Positions 58,563 through 64,000 of a stretch of DNA of 64,000 bases are shown here, one piece after another (position 1 is the stretch's first letter; every line of letters begins with the position of its first letter). The notes beneath the pieces were generated by a model, which searched no databases, had not been told where the DNA came from, and saw only the letters and a program-made list of their open reading frames with translations. The stretch is from Actinomycetes bacterium (lineage in GTDB: Bacteria; Actinomycetota; Acidimicrobiia; Acidimicrobiales; Aldehydirespiratoraceae). A program made the position numbers and the translations under genes. The DNA lies in NCBI GenBank assembly GCA_024276495.1, contig JAJRXC010000107.1:29025-93024 (forward strand), read 5' to 3'.

Positions 58563-59564
58563 ATGGACATGAACGTCGCGGTCGTCGGAGCCGGATCGTG
58601 GGGGACCACCGTCGCCCATCTGTGTGCGCACAACGTGCCCACCTTGTTGTACAGCCGCCGGGAAGATGTGGCCGAGGCGATCAACGAACGCCACGAGAAC
58701 CCCCGCTATCTCGAGGGGTACCAGCTGCATCCCGACCTCCGGGCGTCGACGGATCTCGCCGCGGTCGTGGGCCAAGCCGATGTCCTGGTGATGGGGGTTC
58801 CGTCTGCGGGATTCCGGCAGACGCTCGTCGACATCCGTCCCGACCTCCGTCCCTGGGTTCCGGTCGTGTCGCTCTCGAAGGGGCTCGAGTTGGGAACCCG
58901 GAAACGGATGACGCAGATCGCCGAGGAGGAACTTCCCGGCCATCCCGTCGGCGTGTTGACCGGGCCGAACCTCGCGAAGGAGATCCTCGCGGGGAACGCT
59001 GCGGCGGCGGTGGTGGCGTTCACCGATCACACGATCGCCGAACGCCTGCAGGAGGTGTTCTCGTCGAGCCTTTTCCGTGTCTACATGAACACCGACGTGG
59101 TGGGCTGTGAGATCGCCGGGGCGCTCAAGAACGTGATCGCGCTCGCGGCCGGGATGGCCGACGGGCTCGAGACCGGCGACAACACGCGGGCCGCGGTGAT
59201 GACCCGTGGACTCGCCGAGCTCACCCGCCTCGGCGTCGCGATGGGCGGCCGGCCGGAGACCTTCGCCGGTCTGGCCGGCATGGGGGATCTTCTCGCGACG
59301 TGCATCAGCCCGCAGAGTCGCAACCGGTACGTCGGCGAGCAACTTGGCCGAGGCCGGTCCCTCGATGAGATCATCGAGGAGATGAACCAGGTCGCCGAGG
59401 GCGTGAAATCCGCGAAGATCGTGCTGGAGCTCGCCGAGGAGTTCGGTGTCGAGATGCCGATCGCGTCGGAGATGCGAGCGGTCGTCACCGAGGGGCGCAG
59501 CGCCATGCGGGCCTATCGCGGCCTGGTGCAGCGGCCGGCCACCCACGAGAACGCGCCGGACTGA
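58563..59564 (+). CDS. gpsA: NAD(P)H-dependent glycerol-3-phosphate dehydrogenase
   Basis: VAVVGAGSWGTTVAH, SKGLE, and GALKNVIALAAGMADGL...GDLLATC. Confidence 0.93.
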   Translation: MDMNVAVVGAGSWGTTVAHLCAHNVPTLLYSRREDVAEAINERHENPRYLEGYQLHPDLRASTDLAAVVGQADVLVMGVPSAGFRQTLVDIRPDLRPWVPVVSLSKGLELGTRKRMTQIAEEELPGHPVGVLTGPNLAKEILAGNAAAAVVAFTDHTIAERLQEVFSSSLFRVYMNTDVVGCEIAGALKNVIALAAGMADGLETGDNTRAAVMTRGLAELTRLGVAMGGRPETFAGLAGMGDLLATCISPQSRNRYVGEQLGRGRSLDEIIEEMNQVAEGVKSAKIVLELAEEFGVEMPIASEMRAVVTEGRSAMRAYRGLVQRPATHENAPD

Positions 59565-60982
59565 TGAGACAGTGGTTGCAGGATCGACGTGATCGGTCCG
59601 GACGCCGCCTCACCCACGCGCTCGTCGGTTCGATCATCGGCGATCTCGACGGGCCGACCGCGGTCGTCGACGAGCACGGGCGAGTGGGCGCCGACGACGG
59701 AAGCTGGTGGCTCGAATGGGGTGTGGGCGCGGAGGATCGCTGGCGGGTCGCCCACGAGGAGGTGGCCGTCCGTCAGTCCCGTGTCGCCGATGCGCCCGTC
59801 TACGAGACGTGGATGCGGGTGCCGGGCGGCGACGTGATCCAACGGGTCGCCTCGGCCAACGACGGCCTCGGCAAGGTGTTGATCGTCGAGTTCGAGAACG
59901 CGTCGTCCGCCGCGGTCGCGATTGCCCTCGCCGGCCGGGTGACCGGGTCGGCATCGATTGGGGCCGACGCCGACGCCGTGACCCTCGACGGCGTCGAATG
60001 GATCCGGGGAGAACGACCGGCGGGCGGCACGGTGGTCGTCGACGGTGATCCGTGGCCGGCCGTCGTGGCCGGCCCGGACGCCACCCGGCTCCGACTCGGA
60101 CCCGTCGACAACCCGGCCGGCGCGCTGATCCTGGGGCTTCCCCATCGTCAGGCCGTGACGTTCGTGGTCCTTCTCGAAGGCGAGTTCCCGACCCGTCCGG
60201 TCGGTTCCGACGAGGTGTCGGCGGGCTGGCGGTCGGTCACCGCGGACGCGCTCTCGATCGACGTGCCCGATTCGGATCTCGGTGAGGCCTGGAATCGCAT
60301 CCTTCCCGACTTGATCGTCCAGGCGGGGTCGACCGACCCCCGGTTGGCGGCCGAGGCGGCACCGGCGCTCGACATCGCCGGTCTCGTCGGGGAAGCGGAC
60401 CGGGCCCGGGCGACGGTCGTCGCGGCGGCCGAGGACGGCACCCTGCGAGGGTCCGATGCCGTCGCCGCGCTACGGGCGCTGGCGTCGCGTGATCTCCGGG
60501 CCGCCACCGCGTCGGGCCTCGAGGAGCTGGCCGGCCCGCTCGCTGTCGCAGCCGGCGCGTCACTCGATGCGACGACCCTCGACCATGTCGCTCGTGCGTT
60601 GGCGGCCGGCGGGTTCGTCGACGCGGCGGACGACGCCCGCCGGCTCGAAGCGGTGGCGGCAGGATCGTTCGTGGTGTCCTCGCCCCCTGCGGTGGCTGCC
60701 GAACGGGTGCTCGCGGTGGTGATCGGCGCCGACGTGAACGACACGATCGAACTGCTCCCCGATGTTCCGGTGGCCTGGCGTGGTCAGCCGATCGACGTCC
60801 GGGCCTGTGCGACCGCCAACGGACGGGTGTCGTTCAGTGTGCGGTGGCACGGTGACCGTCCGGCGTTGTTGTGGGAGCGACGGGGCGGTGCCGACTCGGT
60901 CGAGATGCGCTGCCGTGGGCTCGACCCGACGTGGCGCTCGACCGAACGCGAGGGTGAGGCACTGCTTGCCGCGCCGGCGTGA
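59564..60982 (+). CDS. Hypothetical protein (472 aa, soluble, Ala-rich centre)
   Basis: ATG overlaps the gpsA stop (TGATG). The frame is intact and uses the same GC3-biased codons as its neighbours. No motif I can assign. Confidence 0.65.
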   Translation: MRQWLQDRRDRSGRRLTHALVGSIIGDLDGPTAVVDEHGRVGADDGSWWLEWGVGAEDRWRVAHEEVAVRQSRVADAPVYETWMRVPGGDVIQRVASANDGLGKVLIVEFENASSAAVAIALAGRVTGSASIGADADAVTLDGVEWIRGERPAGGTVVVDGDPWPAVVAGPDATRLRLGPVDNPAGALILGLPHRQAVTFVVLLEGEFPTRPVGSDEVSAGWRSVTADALSIDVPDSDLGEAWNRILPDLIVQAGSTDPRLAAEAAPALDIAGLVGEADRARATVVAAAEDGTLRGSDAVAALRALASRDLRAATASGLEELAGPLAVAAGASLDATTLDHVARALAAGGFVDAADDARRLEAVAAGSFVVSSPPAVAAERVLAVVIGADVNDTIELLPDVPVAWRGQPIDVRACATANGRVSFSVRWHGDRPALLWERRGGADSVEMRCRGLDPTWRSTEREGEALLAAPA

Positions 60983-61099
60983 TCGGCGGCTGAGCCAGGT
61001 CGACACGAGCGCGGGGACCAGCCGGTCCGGTCGGCAACGGAGCCGAGGACGGACGTCGTCGCACCGTCGTCGTCGACCCCGCGAGCTACCGTTGCGCCG

Positions 61100-61819
61100 A
61101 TGACCGTCACCACTGCGCAGCTTCGCGGCTCGATCAAGGGCAAGGCACCGGGGCTTCGGCACGAGACCGAGCTCTGGCGGGGCGGAAGTGCGATCGTCAC
61201 CGGAATCGACGAGGTGGGTCGGGGCTCGTGGGCCGGCCCGCTCACCCTTGCCGCGGTCGTCGTGCCGCGTGGCAAGCGGCTCTACAAGGTTCGCGATTCG
61301 AAGATGCTGACGGCCGGGGAACGAGAGGTCATGCACGACCGGATCCTCGAGTGGGCCGACCATGTCGCCGTCGCCCACGCGAGCCACGAGGAGTGTGATG
61401 CGCTCGGCATGTCGGCGGCCCAGAAGTTGGCCGCGCAACGGGTGCTGTCGCGTCTGGGCGTCGCGGTCGACCATGTGCTCGTCGATGGCAACTGGGACTT
61501 CGTGGAGTCCCATTCCACGACGTTGATCGTGAAGGGTGACACGGTCAGCTTGTCGATCGCCGCCGCGTCGATCGTCGCGAAGGTGACCCGCGACCGGTTG
61601 CTGCGCGAGTGGGACGCGCACCATCCCGGCTACGGGTTCGCCGCCAACAAGGGATATCCGTGTCCTCGCCACAAGGCCGCGTTGGCGGCCTACGGGCCGA
61701 GCGCCGTGCATCGGCGGCGATGGGCGTTCATGGACGATCTCCGTTGGACGGCGATTCCGAGGGTGGGGATCGGTGACGGCGGCGACGAGGCCGACGGCGC
61801 CCAGCTCGGGTTGTTCTGA
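61100..61819 (+). CDS. rnhB: Ribonuclease HII
   Basis: GIDEVGRGSWAGPL (DEDD Asp/Glu), DSKML and KGD...SIAAASIVAKV. Confidence 0.9.
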   Translation: MTVTTAQLRGSIKGKAPGLRHETELWRGGSAIVTGIDEVGRGSWAGPLTLAAVVVPRGKRLYKVRDSKMLTAGEREVMHDRILEWADHVAVAHASHEECDALGMSAAQKLAAQRVLSRLGVAVDHVLVDGNWDFVESHSTTLIVKGDTVSLSIAAASIVAKVTRDRLLREWDAHHPGYGFAANKGYPCPRHKAALAAYGPSAVHRRRWAFMDDLRWTAIPRVGIGDGGDEADGAQLGLF

Positions 61820-61842
61820 TCCGGGGCCGTAGCCTTCACCCG

Positions 61843-62205
61843 ATGCGATCGAATCGGGTTCCGACGCTCACGCTCGTTGCCTGGACGTTGTTCGTCTGGG
61901 CGACCCGGGTCAACAACATCATCGGCGACGACGAGCTGGTCGGGAGCGAACGGGCGTGGCGGCTCGGCGTGGCCGTGCTCTTCGTGGTGTTCGCGCTCGT
62001 GCTGCTCGGCGCGCGTCGGTTCGCCCCCGACCGCGTCACGATGGTGCTCGCGCCGTTCGTCGTGTTCAGCGTGGGCTACTGGCTCGTGCGGGGAACGGGC
62101 ATCATCCTCGATGATCACGAGCTCGGGTTCACGATCGTCCACACGATCCTCATGGCCGTCTCGATCGGGCTGGCGATGTGGGCCTGGACGCGCCGGGCCG
62201 GGTAA
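61843..62205 (+). CDS. Small integral membrane protein (hypothetical)
   Basis: 120 aa, four hydrophobic helices. Confidence 0.55.
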   Translation: MRSNRVPTLTLVAWTLFVWATRVNNIIGDDELVGSERAWRLGVAVLFVVFALVLLGARRFAPDRVTMVLAPFVVFSVGYWLVRGTGIILDDHELGFTIVHTILMAVSIGLAMWAWTRRAG

Positions 62206-62218
62206 CGTCTCGGTCGAT

Positions 62219-62548
62219 ATGGGACAGCCGGTCACCTTCCTCACCACCACCGCACCGAAGCCAGGGGTGCTGCGTTTCGAGCTGAATCGCAGCCTCACCG
62301 GGATGGGGCACGAGCGTTACCGTGCCGGTGACGAGATCCGGGGCAACCGCCCGCCCGACGTGCTGGCCCGTCGGATCTTCGCGGCCGGTGATGTCGAGGC
62401 GATCCACATGTACGGCTCGATGGTCACCGTCTATCTCGCGTCGAGCGACGCGGGCGACATGGAGACGGTGTTGCGGGAGCTCTACACGTACTACGTGCCG
62501 GGGGTCGAGATCCCCAGCGACGAGGAGCTCATCGCCCAGGTCGAGTGA
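62219..62548 (+). CDS. Nfu/NifU N-terminal-domain-like protein
   Basis: 109 aa. PKPGVLRFELNRSL...LARRIFAAGDVEAIHMYGSMVTVYL resembles the Nfu_N scaffold domain. Confidence 0.65.
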   Translation: MGQPVTFLTTTAPKPGVLRFELNRSLTGMGHERYRAGDEIRGNRPPDVLARRIFAAGDVEAIHMYGSMVTVYLASSDAGDMETVLRELYTYYVPGVEIPSDEELIAQVE

Positions 62549-62560
62549 CGGCCCGTGCCC

Positions 62561-63175
62561 TCAGGCGGGGATGAGGAGCTCGGCGGCGCGATCGATGCGG
62601 CGGCGGACGTCGGCTCGGGTGCGGTTTCCCTGCTGGCAGCCCCGCAGACTCTCGGAGAGCACCGCGCTCATGATGTCGACGATGTCCGTGCGGGTGTCGG
62701 CCGGGAGCTCGTCGAGGGCGGCGCCGAACGCCGCGGTCTGGCGATCGCCGAACTCGGAGAAGAGGGCGGTGGCCTGCGGGTCGCGACTTGCCTGGAGCTG
62801 CATCAAGGCGTCGAACACCCGCGGCTCGTTCTCGAAGGCACGAGCGGCTCGTCCGTACACCGCCTTGACCCGTTCGACCGCGGTGGCGGTCCCGCTCTGG
62901 TCGACCCGTTCGGCGAAGCTCGACGACCATTCGAGCAGAGCGCAGGCCATCAGGTGATCCTTCGAGCTGAAGTACCGGTAGAGGGTGCCGAGGGCGACGC
63001 CGGCCCGCTCGGCCACGTCCTTGACCTGGATGTGGGCGTAGTCGACCTCGATCATCATCTTCACGGCCGCCTCGACGATTCGTTCCCGGCGTTCACGTTG
63101 GCCGGTGGGCAGGTCGCCGACCGCCGGGGTCTCGCGTGGGATGGAGGAGCGGGGTCGGGTCGAGTGTCGAGGCAT
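62561..63175 (-). CDS. TetR/AcrR-family transcriptional regulator
   Basis: N-terminal HTH ERIVEAAVKMMIEVDYAHIQVKDVAERAGVALGTLYRYFSSKDHL. Confidence 0.88.
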   Translation of the reverse strand: MPRHSTRPRSSIPRETPAVGDLPTGQRERRERIVEAAVKMMIEVDYAHIQVKDVAERAGVALGTLYRYFSSKDHLMACALLEWSSSFAERVDQSGTATAVERVKAVYGRAARAFENEPRVFDALMQLQASRDPQATALFSEFGDRQTAAFGAALDELPADTRTDIVDIMSAVLSESLRGCQQGNRTRADVRRRIDRAAELLIPA

Positions 63176-63192
63176 GCAGTCCCTGGCGGCCG

Positions 63193-63224
63193 GATTGGAT
63201 GAGATTGGAATCTAGTTCTAGACT
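63193..63224. promoter_or_regulatory. AT-rich operator/promoter region between the TetR gene and the amidohydrolase gene
   Basis: Direct repeat GATTGGA (63193-63199 and 63203-63209, 10-nt period). Palindrome TCTAG-tt-CTAGA (63211-63222) overlaps a -10-like TAGACT (63219-63224) that lies 7 nt before ATG 63231. Confidence 0.45.
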
Positions 63225-63230
63225 AGCGGC

Positions 63231-64000
63231 ATGACCGTGGCAACCAGCGAGCACTACACCCTCATCTCCGCCGACACGCACGCGGGTGCGAATCACGAGA
63301 CCTATCGTGCGTTTCTCGATCCCGCCTACCACGACGACTTCGATGCGTGGCGGGCCAAGTACAAGAACCCGTGGAAGGACCTCCGCGACACCGACCTGCG
63401 GGTGCGGAGCTGGGACGACGACCGTCGCGACGCGGACCAACTCGCCGACGGCGTGGTCGGCGAGGTTCTCTACCCCAACACCGTCCCGCCATTCTACCCC
63501 GGGTTCGTGTTGTTCGCCGGGCCGCCGAAACCCGAGGACTACGCCCATCGACGGGCCGGCATCCACGCCCACAACCGCTGGATGGTCGACTTCTGCTCCC
63601 GCAAGCCGGCCCAGCGGGCCGGCGTCGGCCAGTTCTTCCTGAACGACATCGACGACGCCATCGCCGACGTGACCTGGATCAAGGAGAACGGTCTGCGCGG
63701 CGGAGTGCTGTTGCCGACCGTGGCCCCCGACGTCACCTGGGTCAAGCCGCTCTACGATCCCGTCTACGACCCGCTGTGGGCGACGCTGCAGGACCTCGAC
63801 ATCGTGATCAACCTCCACGGCGGGACGGGGTCACCCAACTACGGCAAGTACCCGGCCACCCCGTTGCTGCTCATCAGCGAGATCGGTTTCTACGGCATGC
63901 GGGCCTTCGTCCACATGCTCTTGTCGGGCGTGTTCGAACGGTTCCCGAGGCTCAAGTTCGCCATCACCGAGATGGGAGCCGCGGGAATGCCCGACCTGCT
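63231..64000 (+). CDS. Amidohydrolase-2 (ACMSD-like metal-dependent hydrolase) family protein, 3' end outside the window
   Basis: Open frame from ATG 63231 to the window end. LISADTHAG (metal His), LYPNTVPPF, GVGQFFLNDIDDAIADV and VINLHGG. Confidence 0.8.
   Translation, partial: MTVATSEHYTLISADTHAGANHETYRAFLDPAYHDDFDAWRAKYKNPWKDLRDTDLRVRSWDDDRRDADQLADGVVGEVLYPNTVPPFYPGFVLFAGPPKPEDYAHRRAGIHAHNRWMVDFCSRKPAQRAGVGQFFLNDIDDAIADVTWIKENGLRGGVLLPTVAPDVTWVKPLYDPVYDPLWATLQDLDIVINLHGGTGSPNYGKYPATPLLLISEIGFYGMRAFVHMLLSGVFERFPRLKFAITEMGAAGMPDL

Overview
This is a very GC-rich, gene-dense chromosomal segment with about 65 protein-coding genes and almost no spacer. It carries actinobacterial hallmarks: a PASTA Ser/Thr kinase, gatCAB, F420 cofC, an Rv2466c-like DsbA reductase, an IpdAB-like CoA-transferase-fold pair, and many 1- or 4-nt start/stop overlaps and apparently leaderless starts.

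The content is mostly housekeeping. In order it contains:
- a dpp-type peptide ABC importer whose first permease gene is frameshifted
- an MBL hydrolase and an SDR / small exported protein / EamA operon
- an IpdAB-like pair plus two acyl-CoA dehydrogenases
- an orphan binding-protein lipoprotein and an SLH-domain protein
- a six-gene coupled operon ending in murA
- a trehalose-phosphatase/GH15 fusion and a rhomboid protease
- cysteine desulfurase, fabH and mnmA
- ligA followed by MazG-like and HAD genes
- a pknB-like kinase, gatCAB and a MATE transporter
- two tandem AT3-SGNH acyltransferase paralogs
- ilvBNC preceded by a leader-peptide attenuator
- PEBP, an ABC-2 exporter and a conserved hypothetical protein
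- an ECF sigma / ZAS anti-sigma / MscS-like operon
- a PIG-L deacetylase, cofC, gpsA, an unknown 472-aa protein and rnhB
- a TetR regulator and a 3'-truncated amidohydrolase

I found no rRNA, tRNA, CRISPR array, transposase, integrase or phage genes. I could not identify a clear-cut novel multi-gene system.

The observations most worth follow-up are:
- the unannotated ilvB leader peptide and terminator
- the sigma / anti-sigma / truncated-channel operon
- the tandem AT3-SGNH pair
- the isolated IpdAB-like module
- the C-rich repeat plus perfect palindrome after ilvC
- the dppB-like frameshift

All family assignments come from reading the translated ORFs and from memory of family motifs. No searches or computations were run.
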